From: the human T2T-CHM13v2.0 reference genome, Homo sapiens | Assembly: GCF_009914755.1 (NCBI RefSeq) | Contig: NC_060937.1 | Strand: one strand, 5' to 3' | Length of the DNA stretch: 64,000 nt | Shown: in pieces, positions 26,401-39,913 of the stretch | How the letters are laid out: every line of letters begins with the position of its first letter | Numbering within the stretch: position 1 is the first letter of the stretch | Made by a program: the position numbers and the translations under genes | Notes under the pieces: generated by a model | The model's input: the letters and a program-made list of their open reading frames with translations, nothing else | The model's database searches: none | Told to the model about the DNA's origin: nothing

Positions 26401-28242
26401 ATCTCATGGCTTCCTTCAACAGTCCATTGAATATAGGCAGTTTTAAAACACAATCTATAGCCTCAGAACAGAAACACTTCTTTAAAAATTCATTTCCCAT
26501 ATATGCTTTCAAAGTTATCTATGAAAACATTTTGTAAAAAGAAATTAAATCCTTGCATAGCTTCCATAGAAAGATAAGTAGATGATGTTGGATGTCTTGC
26601 TAAAAATATATTTTCTTCCTATACTTGAAAATAACTTTAATTTTCTATAGGTGTTTGTATAGGTTATTTTCACTTTTATTCTTGTATCCTGTTAAAAGTC
26701 CAGAAATGTGTGATACATTTTAATGACAGGGACTAGATAGAATATCAGAAAGGTAAACTATTTTCATTAATTGTTCCCAGTTCAGCTCAAGCTGCCTTTT
26801 CCTTGGCTTAATTGATACATTAACTCCTAGTTATATACAACAACTAAGCCAGAAATAATTGACTCAGATAGTAATATGCATAATATGCATATTTTAATTA
26901 TTAAAATTCAATCTTAATCTAAAATATTGCTGCCATTTTTTAATATCTTAGAAGTAGAAAAGCACGAACTGTCTTATTCAGTCTAATTCCTAGTGTGTGA
27001 AGTTTCATAAATGTTGGTAAATTGACCTTGTGTAATGGATCTCAATAGGTTAATAAATCTATCTTCCTTGTTCCAAACTGAACAACATCTAAAAATGTCC
27101 CATATTTGATCTCATTAATTGATATCAGGTCTGAAAATTGTATATATTCACTAATATTTATATCATGGGTTGAGTAAAATTATAAAACATATAAATTCAA
27201 TATTTGTATTATGCCAGAAAAATTTCAGTACCTTCAATATAAATTTATTTTTTATGATTACAATTAGCTTATAATATTTTTGTACACAGTACATAGCTAC
27301 AATAAACGTTTCTTGCAGTTATCAAAACTTGAGTCAAACAGAGTTTGTCAAAAGTGTTGAAATGATGTGCACTGAGGATTTATGTGACAAAGAAGAAACC
27401 AAACCCCACGCATTCGTAATTTACAGACATTCTACACGGAAAGTTTCAGCTGTAGAAGATAGAAGGCCAAGTTGACGTATGGGTCAACAATCATCTCCAT
27501 GTGTTATCCTGCGGCCCAGCAGCACTGGTCTCTACAGAGATCTCTCTACAGTGTTTCTCAAATTCTATTATTTTTCTTTAAAACCTGTCACTGTGCAAGG
27601 TAGAGAATATAACTTCATGTAAATTACACTTGTAAAACTTCAGTGAAATTAAGAACGCTGGATGTATAGAAGGTAATTTGTCTCTCAGTTTATATGTATG
27701 AGAGTCCATGTATGTGTGAATATGTACAAATTTCTCAAAATAAAGACAGACAACGTCAGCAAAACTAATAGTAATTTAATACTGGCTCACTGAAAAGCAT
27801 TTCTCTTCACTCGAATTAAATAGGATTTCATAGTTTATTGAAACATAATTGTTTAAAATTAGATATTTATTGAAAAATCCATGGTAATATTTGTATACAC
27901 ACATATTTTTATATTAATATATACACTCATATATATTTCAATTAGTGTATAACTTCTCAATGAAGTATTAATCATATTTAACTAAACATTATAATGAATA
28001 TTAAATTATTGCATAAAATTACTGAAAGTAGAAAGAAGTTTGACAAATCATCTAGAAATGTAAAGATCTACATTACTATGATATATATACCATTAAATTT
28101 TGGATAAAATAAATTGCTAACATTTTAATAATGTGGCTGCTCATTATCTTATAATTTTTCTGAATATTTATGCAAAATTATATTTAAATAATATACTCTT
28201 ACCATCAGTGAACTTACTAGTCTCTTAAGGCTAATTGTACAC

Positions 28243-28332
28243 TGTGTGTGTGTGTGTGTGTATATATATACACACACACACACATACATTTGTATATATA
28301 TATGTGTATATATATATATACACATACATATA
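28243..28332. repeat. Compound (TG)9(TA)5(CA)7 plus TA/CA microsatellite
   Basis: read directly from the sequence. Confidence 0.95.
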
Positions 28333-28559
28333 TTTGTAAGCTTATATCATTGCATACAACTCATAAAACCAAAATTCAAAATGTTCCTTTTTAGTTATTT
28401 ATTGGCAATAAAATCTTACTCAAAGTAAGCAAGCTCAAGCATGGAATATTTGGGTAAATAAACAATGCATAGAAAATTAATACCAAAAAACCTTATTTAT
28501 GGTGTGGCTTCAAATATACACTTTGTTTAATACATGGCAAGTGGACTACATTGTCATTA

Positions 28560-29100
28560 GCATAACCAACCAGCCCAGAAATAATTATCAAACCCCTACT
28601 CTATACCAGACAATATTTTGCCAAATTAATTCAAAGAGTGAATAAAACAGACAAATATTTCTGCTAAGATAGAGTTTATATTCTAGTAGAAAGAGGTAAA
28701 CAAATATATTCTTTCAAATGGTGATGGTGTTTGCTCCTGGTGTTTGTGCGCTTCTCGATGGAGGGTGGTTTGGAATTTTATGTAGGGTGGCCACAAAAGC
28801 CATAGAGAAAATGTCACTGAGCACAGACCTGAAGAAGGTGATGGAGCAAGTCAAACAAATATATAAGAAAAGAAGATTCCACACAAAGGAAAGAGGTTGA
28901 GCTAAGCTTTGAAGCTGAGTCTCGCCTGGCAAACTCAATAAGCAAGGAAGAAGACAGACTTGAGCAAAGAGGGGTAGGAGTTGATCGACAGAAGTTAGAT
29001 CACAGAGAGCCTCCTAGTACATTAGAAGGCCTTGGCATTTATTCTGAGTAACATTGAAAGGGTTGAGCATAGGAGTGACTTGATCTAATTTATTTTTTTA
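28560..29100 (-). mobile_element. L2 LINE fragment
   Basis: agtgaataaaacagacaaatatttctgc...gagtttatattctagt...tgagcacagacctgaagaaggtga...gagcataggagtgacttgatctaattta. Confidence 0.8.
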
Positions 29101-31901
29101 ATAGGCCCGAGTACAGCTGTTGAAACACAATAGAATTCTGAACACAGTTTGGTTTTGAATCTGAACACATGTGCTTTAGCTTAATGCAGACACTGAATTT
29201 TTAACCCACTTACTGCTGCCAAAGCCACATCCTGTGCGACATGAAATATGCAGTGGAAATGTGATGTGTTATGTTTGTTTCATTGCTATGTGTGCAAGAA
29301 ACTATTTATTCTACAAGTTTCAATTGGTTCGTATACTATTATTTCTCAAAAATATTTATACGGTAACTTAACTAAATTGTCAAAGTGAGTTAAGTAAATT
29401 TGTTGTAATTAAAAATTTCTTAGGTTGCAATTTTGTTATTTGCATATGTCTTTTGTACTAAATGTTGATATAAGTTAATAAAAATGGTGAAAATACAGAT
29501 ACTAGTCCTATTCAATGTAAATACATAATATTTACTAACATGCCTGTACACATCAAAATGTAAGTTATTCCATGTGTTATTTAAAAAATATATATGAATA
29601 TATTTCCTGAAGAATTTAAGGTTACACAAAAAAAAGGAAAAAAGTAATTCAGAATATCTTTTTATATTGCCATACTTCTTTGTTGAATTGTCCTTAGATA
29701 TTCTAAAATCTGTTCATTGTACCAAAAGCAGGCCCCACGAGAGTGTTTGTGAGCTTTGATTAGGAGCCAGTATACGGTCGCTTTTATCTAATGCATTCCT
29801 ATAGCAGAAAACCTAAAATGAACACACACTGTTATCTTCTCTGAAAACAACATACCATAATAACCAGAGGTCATCTTCCAGACAAGTCTATCAGCAGGAA
29901 CATTGGGGTCCAATGAGAATCCGACAGAGAAGCAGTCATGGCATGCAAGCAGCAAGCTGAGAAGTTCTTCAGTTAAGTGTACTATAGTAAATTTGACCTT
30001 GCCTCTGGGTACAAAAAAAATCATACTTTGCATGAGCTATTTTATGTTAACCACAGACTCAGTGATTCTCTCTGTTTGGTTTTTGGATCTTAATGCTTTT
30101 CTGCAGCATATTTCCTTTAAAAGGCATGATTATACAGTAGTAGGAATCATGTGGAATATACACCCGAGATGCAGTTTTCTTTCCACAGTGATAGCTTCCC
30201 TTAACTCAAATTTCACGTGAATTTAAGTTTTCCTCTTGCTCTATTGCTATGCTATTGTCAAGAAATGATGACTTTTTCAACAGTTATATTTTATTATAGC
30301 ATAGAGTAGAAACATAACACAGTAGCATAAGAGCACTGGAGTAGAAATCAAAATAAGTAATTAGTTAGTTTGGCTTTGTGAATTATTACTCACATGATCT
30401 TGGGAACTCTGTGACATAAAATATCTTAGTTTATAAAAAGTAGACAATAATATCTTTTTGCTTATCTCAGAGATATATGGTAAATTATTTTAATGGTAAA
30501 AGTTAATATGTAAGGTATTTTAAATACATTTATTTTGTTTTTTTTTGTTTTTCACTATACACACACTCACACACACACATATATACGTTATGTGTATAAA
30601 GATAATTCCTTAATTGGATAATAAATTGTGACATTTTTCAAACATAAAATATATTCACTGATTTCAGATATTATCCAGTGCAACCTTGATGAATGTCTTC
30701 CACTGACATCGGGCTTTCAATTCCTGGCTTTGACCACAGCATTAAAAATCTAATGTTATTACTACTCAACTTACTACATGTTTAAAAATAATTTTTGAAT
30801 TAATTAATAAATGCATAATGAATTAAGGATTTAGTGGTTCATTTCTGTGGTATTTTCATATATACCAATATATGCACAAAATTTTGTATAAACACTATTG
30901 AAACATGTATTGGTAAAGTAATTTTAAAATATCTATTTCCACATAAAACTTTGTTTTAGGTCTACTACATAGAATCTTTGCTTATATCCTCATTGTGTAG
31001 TTTTTTTAGACTAGGATCTCAAGTTTGATTCTACATATTTTCTGAAACTTCTTAAGCACATTTACTTGTATTGAACACATCATCTGATTGTCCAATTTCC
31101 TGTCCCCCAAAAACATTTAGATAGTCACCTCATAATTCTGTGCTTTCCAAAGTTTTCATGTATCTGTGCTAATGCAAATGAATTGTAGTCTCTAACAAAA
31201 CTTAAATATTTTTTTCTAAACATTGATATAGTTTCTGAGATGAATAGGATTTATAGAATGAGGATTCTGCTGCACATAGAAAATTGAATGATCCCTTAAA
31301 ATGATGAATAATTTTATTTTCTGTCTTTATGGTTAGTTTATGTAACAGTTAATATTCATGAACAGACATGTCAATTGATGACTAATAGAAATTTATTAAT
31401 GGAGACACAACAAGGTGGATAAATATCAACAAGAAGTATTGTGAAATTGTACTAATACCCTATTCTGTAGAATTTATGTGAATGTGTGTTAAGAGTATGG
31501 ATAATATTTTTCAAAGGTGATATTTTTGTTTGACTCAAAAAATAACCTACCAAGTACAAAAAAAAAGGGTCAAATGTAGCCAAGGAACACCCGTCCCTAC
31601 TAGATGCATAATTTCATTTTATAAATTGATAAATGTAATAGAATGTTTAAATATAATAATAAAATTATCTTATACCTTACAATGATTTTGCAGTATGTCC
31701 AAGTTCTTCCTTTCTAGGTGAGTAAATTTCTCACCAGTTTTATTACCAATAGTAACCACTAGTAAAGACTTGAGAAAATATGATTCAATATCTAATTGAG
31801 ACCAGGGCATTTTCAGCAAAATATGTGTCATTTGTATATTTAAATAGGCCTTAACCTGGCCATTCAGAAACTTTTAAATACAGTATTATCTGTGGTGCGT
31901 A

Positions 31902-31928
31902 TGTGTGTGTGTGTGTGAGAGAGAGAGA
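31902..31928. repeat. (TG)n(AG)n microsatellite
   Basis: read directly from the sequence. Confidence 0.9.
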
Positions 31929-32886
31929 TTTCTCTAGAAACATCTGCTTGTTCCCGAGTGTAATTGTGACACATGCCACATGTGACCTTCAGCGATTGTG
32001 TCCCAACAGTATTGACAATTAAGAGAACTGAAAGACAACCATATGTTAGCTGAAAGAGAGGCAGAGAGGTTTGAGCAGTAATAAATAATTTGTCTAATCC
32101 TATTCAGTTATGACGATAGCTGGTTCAGACTCTAAGCTCATCTCTGAATTAGTTTTAGCACGCTTAGGTAAATTAGCTTGGGAAACAGCAGAAACAGTTG
32201 CCAAAGTTTCTTTTATATTAAATTTGTTATTCTACTATTTGTTTTTCTCTGTGTGTGCTGTTGATAGTGCTACTTGTGAAAATTTCTCTTTATTTCTTGT
32301 CTTTTACCATTGTCCTAATTCTCTAGTTGTATATTTCTTCTAATTTTGGCTACTTATTTTTACTTCTATTCTAAATTTCTATTTGCCATCCACTATTCAT
32401 TAGTTTGTCAAGTTCTAAAAAGCACAGAGAATTCAGTTTATTTTATTCATTACCCACTATGTTACTTCATGTTGCAGGCTCTCAATAAGTAAGCAGTATT
32501 GTGGGTATAAGAGTTAGATGATTTCTAAAGTTATATACAAATGTTTAAATTACTTTGTATATTACTCAAATTTTCAGTTAATACTAAAAGTTTTAAGCAA
32601 AAAATATTTTTGGGAAATTCAAGTTTGTGTGATGGAGATTGAAAGCAAATAGCACGTGGAGTAAAAATGCTTATAAATATAAGAAACGTATAACGAATTT
32701 TACTATTTTAAGTAATACAATAACGATTTATTTTATAATTCTATGAATTTGGGTGCTGAATTTGGGTAAAAAACAGAACCTAAGTTTTTTTTTCAAAATG
32801 AATAATTGAGTTACTTGTACATTAAACATACATATGTACATAATACAATAAAATATCTGTTTTGAAAATATGAACATTTCAGTTAC

Positions 32887-32890
<4 letters not shown>

Positions 32891-32928
<38 letters not shown>
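32891..32928. repeat. (TG)19 microsatellite
   Basis: perfect TG run. Confidence 0.98.
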
Positions 32929-32932
<4 letters not shown>

Positions 32933-33712
32933 GTTCAGGTAATGAAGGCCCTGAAGATCCACACATGTCCACATGTCCAGACCAGCACTAACTTTGTTTT
33001 CTCAATATCTGAAGGGCATGAGCAGTAATTCAAATTCAAAGGATAACAACACATGAAACACTCTTGGACTTGGAAATGAGCTATAGACTGCCTAAGTATT
33101 ATGGGTATTAGTGGCATAAAATTTGAATATCTAATTTAAAGAGAGAGACACACCACAGCTTCTAACATATTTTAAATTCTAGTTACCCATACAAAATACA
33201 AAAGCCTAGATATTACTATGACAGAAAGTTCTGATTACCTTCAATTATATTGAAACTCTTTTTATCATATTGTACACTCACCACATAAATATAAGAGAAA
33301 TGAATGCATATATAAAATGTAGGTGTATATGGAGGTGTGTAGATACTATATAAGTAAAACAGTTAAAACATTATAATAAGTCAATATATCATTACTGAAC
33401 TTAAAATATCTATTGTTAATATTTAGGAACCCCGGTATTACACAATAATATGAATAACTAGATTTCACTGAAATTGTATTATCCACTGGATACTCTTCTA
33501 AGATCTATGCAAACATGTTAATGCTCTTGACTACTTTTGTGATCCCTGTTTTATATTTAAGAATTCTGAGGATTATGGTTTTAGTAACTTTGCCCATGTA
33601 GTTAGCAGATAGAGGTTAGACAGTCTTTTATAAAGTCTGAATCTTTTACCAAAAATTCAATGGAATAAATAAACATAATTAAGTCATTGGTAATATAACA
33701 AACATGCAATGT

Positions 33713-33913
33713 GTTTGAGACTAGCCTGGCCAATATGGTGAAACCCGTCTCTACTAAAAATACAAAAATTAGCCCGGTGTGGTGGCACACACCTGTAATC
33801 CCAGCTATTATGGAGGCAGAGGCAAGAGAATTGCTTGAACCCAGGAGGCAGAAGTTACAGTGAGCTGAGATGGCGCCACTGCACTCCAGCCTTAGTGACA
33901 GAGCGAGATTCCA

Positions 33914-33959
<46 letters not shown>
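33713..33959 (+). mobile_element. 5'-truncated Alu ending in a (TC)n(AT)n microsatellite
   Basis: starts mid left arm (gtttgagactagcctggcc); ends gagattccatctc, then TC and AT repeats instead of poly-A. Confidence 0.95.
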
Positions 33960-35679
33960 AATAATATATTTTTTCTAGAGATTTATACAGAAATATGAAC
34001 CCATCATAAAAATAAGCAAGGCTGAAAAATTATTTGTTAACTAAAACTATTTTTCCAAACTTTAACATAAAAATATTCATGTCCAGCCTTCTCTAGAATT
34101 TTATTCTTAATATAACTGTTGCCCTCTACTACTAGAATATGTATGTTCCGATAGTATTACTGTAGCTATGTTAACAAAAATGTTTGGTAGAAAAACAAGG
34201 TGCTTTCTACATGATTTAGCTCCAAGAGTTTCTAATATGGTATAAAGAGTAACAACTTCCTTTTTATAAACTATCTGTGTTGATAATTCTCTAAAATCAT
34301 GTTTATCTGCAACATTTATCAGGAAAATTAATTTTCTTTCATTTTTTAGGGTACATTTTTTCAATGTAGTTACTGAAAACAATCTAAGTATTATCTTTAT
34401 CAATATTAACCGCAAAATAAAATGCTATTGTTAATATTCATTGCAACATGGAATTACTGTCTATAGAAAAATGGTCTTCATGTGAGTATATGTCAAAATT
34501 CAGGACAATTATTTGATATTTCTAGATTTCATTTATTAATTTTATTGTATTAGAAATGTTAGAAATGTTGCTTATCTTGATAAGATTATAAAGATGATTT
34601 GGTAGTCACTGTGGGCTATCGTGTTAAGTGAATGGAAGTCAGGTAAAAAGTGTGTTTGTGTGTGCATGTGTTTGCTTATTTTTGATAAGCAAAGATAACA
34701 CCTTACTTACACCATCTGGATGCTTTTAATTAAATTTAATTAAACATAACCTTCAACTAACTTGTTTTTCTTAGAAAACACACAGACATAAACCACATAC
34801 ATTTTCTTTTAACTTATTTTGTAATAATTCATAATCATTTTTTATGGTACATAATTTTTTGTAAATTTCCCATTAAATTAAATTACCCAGTTTTCCTGAA
34901 TTTGGAGTTTTTTGTATATTTTTTTCCGAAATACCTGGTAGCATTGGCTGTCACTTTGCATTTTGAGTTAGTTGTGTTTGAAAACTCAAAACTTCTTTCC
35001 CCTCACAGATCCTTTCCAGCTATTTCGTTGTTAGTAATTTGAATAGATAATTTATAGAGTCCGTTTTTGACATAAGATTCATGTGAAATATTCTGGTAAT
35101 GCCAATTTTTAGAATATTTTATTCAAGGATGAATGTCTTCTAAACAATGATGCAACTTTAAATAAAATGGCTGAATGTTAAGTTACCATATTTGTACAAC
35201 TTTAAATACACTGCAAAGCAAATGTTTATTACTTTAACTAAATTCAGCTTGATTTAACCTCCCTCTTAGTCCATACAGATATAACATTTCTTCCAACATT
35301 ACCATAAAACCTCCTTTAATTTCTCAAATGTAGGAAGATTGATACACATTTCTGGAATTTCAGCTTCTTTCGAGTACTGACTCTGTAAAATCTATCTTAG
35401 AAGCCATTCCGGATGATGCTATTACTTATGGTATGCTGCAGAAATAATTTCAAGAGATTTTTGACTTAAAATATGGTCTACAGTCAAAATGATTTTAAGT
35501 ACTACCTCTGTCTTCAGTTCTATGTATTTTTTTCTAAAATTTATGTATCTTAAATCTACAATAGAAGTGATAATTCTTCTTTCACATCAAGATAATGTTT
35601 CCAAAAAGCACCCAACATATACTTTTTCCAAAAAAGTAGCCATGGCATATAGTTTTTCTTCACTTTTTTCCTCAGGTAG

Positions 35680-36051
35680 TGATACAGTTTGGCTGTGTCT
35701 CCATCCAAATCTCATCTGGAATTGTAGCTCCCTTAATTTCCATGTGTTGGGGAGGGACCTGGTGGGAGATATTTGAATCATGGGGTCAGTTCATACAGTT
35801 CTCATGATAGTGAATAAGTCTCATGGGAACTGATGGTTATATAAGGGGAAATGCCTTTCACTTGGCTCTCATTCTCTCTTGTCTGTCATTCTCTCTTGTC
35901 TGCTGCCATGTAAGATGTGACTTTCACCTTCTGCCTTGATGGTGAGGCCTCCCCAGCCACGTGGAACTGTGAGACATTAAACCTCTTTTTCTTTATAAAT
36001 TATGCAGTCTTGGGTATGTCTTTATCAGCAGCATGAAAATGGACTAATACA
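35680..36051 (+). mobile_element. THE1 (MaLR) solo LTR
   Basis: tgatacagtttggctgtgtctccatccaaatctcatc...ggactaataca; 5-bp TSD ggtag/ggtaa; internal perfect 17-bp duplication at 35869-35902. Confidence 0.95.
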
Positions 36052-36759
36052 GGTAAGTAAACCAAATTTTGTTCTAAGTGTTTACTAACTGTATATACAT
36101 TGTTTTCCTTTAATACATAAACAAAATCTATTCAATTACAAAATAAGACAAATATTACATCTATCCCTAAAAGAACCAGGCAGAACATTTCTCCAGTTTG
36201 TAAAATTTAGAAGAAATTACCCCCTTTTGCTATTAGAGAAAAGATGAAAGAAGGAGATATCTTCATACCATACCAACAAGGCTGATTTTACTAAGTTGGT
36301 GTCTATTTCTTAACAATTTGAGTTATAAAAGTGAAGATATCAAGCAAAATATAGAGAACAACTTATTGTAAGCCATGATGATTTTGCTAATGAAAAAAAA
36401 ATATGATAAAGCCATTAAAAGCCTAGGGATAAAATGAATCAAATATACTGTATAAAGTACATTCACTAGGGAGACATTTTATATTGTTTAGTACCTGCCT
36501 TTGTGTGTTATTTCTTGTTGATTTAGTAATGTTGTAGGGATTCTTATATAGCTGGCTATAAATTGCTTATTAATGTTGGTGATGTAGGGGGGAATTTTTA
36601 AGCATAGAGCATAGCCACAAGTCATAAATTCTGGAAAGAATAAAAGAAATGGAGCCCTATAACAAGATAGAATGTAAAACAACTTTCAGAACAGTGGCAG
36701 GAGAAGTTCTATGGGCCCTTTAACAGGAAAGAAAGCTTAAGTGGTGAAAATAATTATAC

Positions 36760-37300
36760 AGACATACATAGTTACTACAGGTAAAGAAAGACATCTTATA
36801 ATAATAAAGTGCCAATCAATCAGGAAGCCATAAAAATTATACACATATGTGCAATGAAAAATAGAGCTGCAATGTACATTAAGAAAAATCAAACAGAAAT
36901 CAAAGGAATTGATAATTCAACAATAATTTCAACAGTAGATAGAAAACTAAGGAGAAGTTCAAAAAAATAGGTGATTCAACCGAAATTATAAATCTAGTAG
37001 ATCGAACAAGCATCAATAAAACACTCAACCTATCAATAGCAAGATGCACATTCTTTTCAAGTGCACATAGAATAGAAAGCATTATCCAAGCTATAGCATA
37101 TACTAGGGCACAAAACACTCTTGAATACATTTTAAAAGACTAAATCATGCAAAATATGTTCTCTGACTGCAATGCAATGAAATTAGAAATCAATATAAGA
37201 AAATCAAAAAAATCACAAATATGTAAAAATTAAAGAAAAACTATTCCTAATTAGTGAGTCAACAAAGTCACAAACAAGTTGTATGACATGTGAATTATAT
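36760..37300 (+). mobile_element. Old L1M ORF2 endonuclease-region fragment
   Basis: caatagcaagatgcacattcttttcaagtgcacatagaa...atgttctctgactgcaatgcaatgaaattagaaatcaat (YTFFS and SDH-like motifs). Confidence 0.75.
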
Positions 37301-38638
37301 GTTAATGAAAGTAAAGAGAGAGAATGAGAGAGAGAGAGAGAGAGAAACAATCTACAATTAGAAAGAATAGACCTTGACCAAATGTTGGAGTAGTGCAAAC
37401 TGTTTACTCTCTCCCATAGGAAACCAAAAACAATGTACAGCACCAAACTTATCATCAGCAATAGTCCAGAAATAAAATATGATAATGAGACAGTTCCTGG
37501 GGCCACAGAGGAGTGAAAAGACTTCATGTGAATGGGAAAATAATTGAACTTTTATATCCACAATGCCCTTCCTCCAGTCTACAAGGTACCAGGAATGTGG
37601 AAAATTTCCAACTAATTGTTGTAACACTGGAACAAGTGAGATTGAGGTGTATAACCAGCTTCCCCACCAGGTTGGTCTCCCCGGCAGGAGACCTTTCCCT
37701 GCTTCAACTCATGTGAAGCATTGCAAGTGCCTGAAGGAAGAAAAATTCCACAGGACAGCTGAAAACAAGGAAGCAGGGAGGAGGGACTAGCATCACAGGA
37801 GGGACTAGCATCACAACACAACAGAGAGCTCTTTTCTATGTATCTCAGCCAAAAGAGACATGAAATCAGGATAGCTGTTCAGCAACACCATATGACAGGA
37901 GGCACCTCCCATGGGTTCCCTCTGCACAAATGCCTAGCCATTCTTCCCATACTGCTGGAATATCCCCTTGGGATCTTCCTCCCCACCTGGGACAAGCAAT
38001 ATTCTGAAGTTTGCTGGTGATGAGGCAAACCTGGGTTTCAGCACATCTAGTGCAGAAAAAGAGGAAGTGACTTCACGAAAAAGATACTCAACAGGTATAT
38101 TGCAGAGAAATCTTTAAGGAAACATATCCAACAAAATCCAAAACAAGTAAGACAGAGAAGACTAGAATAAATAACAAATTCTTCAATGCAAAGACACAGA
38201 TGTACATTCAGAAGAAACAATAGCAAACACAGACCATAATCTCCCCAAATAGACAAAGTTATGAGCCAGTGACCAAGCCTAAGGAAATGGTGAAAGATGA
38301 GTTTTCTGATAAAAAATTCAAAATAGCAATTTTAAAAAACCCAGTGAACTCCAAAATAACACAGAAAACCAACTCAAAACATTGTTAGAAAATTTTGATA
38401 AAGAGATTGAATTTAAAAGTCAAACAAAAATCTTGGAAACAAAAATATATTTGCTGCTCTGAAGTTTATGAAGATCTGAACACCAAAATAGATGAAGCAG
38501 AGGGAAAAATCAGTGAGCTTAAAGACAGGCTATTGAAAAACATATCCAGAGAAGAAAAATGAAAAAAAAAAAAACCCACAAAGGATTAAAACGAATAAAG
38601 AATGCCCTCAAGAGAGTAAATATAAGAATTATTGGTGT

Positions 38639-38874
38639 CCCTGCATGTTCTCACTCATAAGTGGGAGTTGAACAATGAGAACACATGGACACAGAGAGAG
38701 GAACAACACACACCGGGGCCTGTTGTGGGGTAGGGGACAAGGGGAGGGAACATAAAGGGCAGGTCAATAGGTGCAGCAAACCACCGTGACAGACATATAC
38801 CTATGTAACAAACCTGCATGTTCTGCACATGTATCCTGGAATTTACTGTAACATTTAAAAATAAAAATAAAAAA
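38639..38874 (+). mobile_element. L1PA8-like 3' fragment nested in ORF1 of the L1MA
   Basis: ctgcatgttctcactcataagtgggagttgaacaatgagaacacatggacaca...ggtcaataggtgcagcaaaccacc...A tail; perfect 15-bp TSD aagaattattggtgt (38624-38638 / 38875-38889). Confidence 0.95.
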
Positions 38875-39913
38875 AAGAATTATTGGTGTTCAAAAGGAGT
38901 TGAGCAAGAGCAAGGGGTAGAAATCTTATTCAGAGAAATAATGATAGAAAACTTTTCAAAATGTGTGAAATATATAAAAGTCCAAATACAAGAAAGTCAG
39001 AGAGCACCAAACAGATTAAACTAAAATGAAACTATCCCAAGGCAAATAACCAATCTCAAGGGTCAAGAACAAACAGAAGATCCTAAAGGTAGCAAAAGAA
39101 GAGAAGTTAATAACCTATAAAGAAGCTCCAATTTATCTGGCAACAGGCTTCTCAACCGAAATTATACAGGCCAGCAGAGAGAGGGATGGCATATTTCAGT
39201 TGCTGAAAGGAAACAATTGACAACCCACAATTTTGTACCCTGCACAGCTATTATTTCAAGCATGAAGAAACAACAAAATATTTCTTAGACAAACAAAAGC
39301 TGAGGGGATACATGATCACCAACCTGTCTTATAAGAAATGCTAAAGGAAATTGTTCAATATGAAAAAAATACCGCTAATGTGCAGAAAGAAAACATTTGA
39401 AGGTATAAAACTTAATGATAAGAGTAAGTACACAGAAAAAGTCAGGACACTTGAACACAATAATTGTGGCATGCAATCCCCCAATCCACTTATAATTCTA
39501 CTATGAAGACTAAAAGTCAAATCTATCAGAAAATAATAACAGCTACAGCAACCTGTTAAGAGATAAATAACATAAAATACGTAAATTGAGGCAACAAAAT
39601 GTCAAAATGGGGAGGGGGGAATTAAAGTGTAGAGTTTCTTTCTATTTTTTTTTCTTTGGAGCAAAGATAAGTTCTCATCTGTTTAAAGCAATTTTTTAAA
39701 ACTAAAAGATGTTTTGTTGTAAGCCTTACAGTAGCCACAAAGCAAAAAACTATAGTAAATACACTAAAAATGAAAAACAATAAATTAAAACACACTACAA
39801 AAGAAAACCCTTAAGCACAAAGGAAGACAATAAGAAAAAGAAGGGTAAGAAAAAAAGAAAAACAAATGAAGAAAAAAGAAGAGTTACAAAACAACCAGAA
39901 AACAAATAACAAC

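Noticed and set aside
27319-27475. Acceptor-like tttcttgcag followed by an open frame YQNLSQTEFVKSVEMMCTEDLCDKEETK...
   Set aside because: Unrecognised peptide, short pyrimidine tract and no convincing donor before the stop
17904-27487. 16-mer ttgac(c/g)tatgggtcaa occurring at 17904 and 27472
   Set aside because: A 15/16 match between some pair of positions is expected many times by chance in 64 kb
29788-30220. Overlapping 81-aa and 105-aa ORFs in unique sequence
   Set aside because: No domain similarity and no canonical splice-site pair
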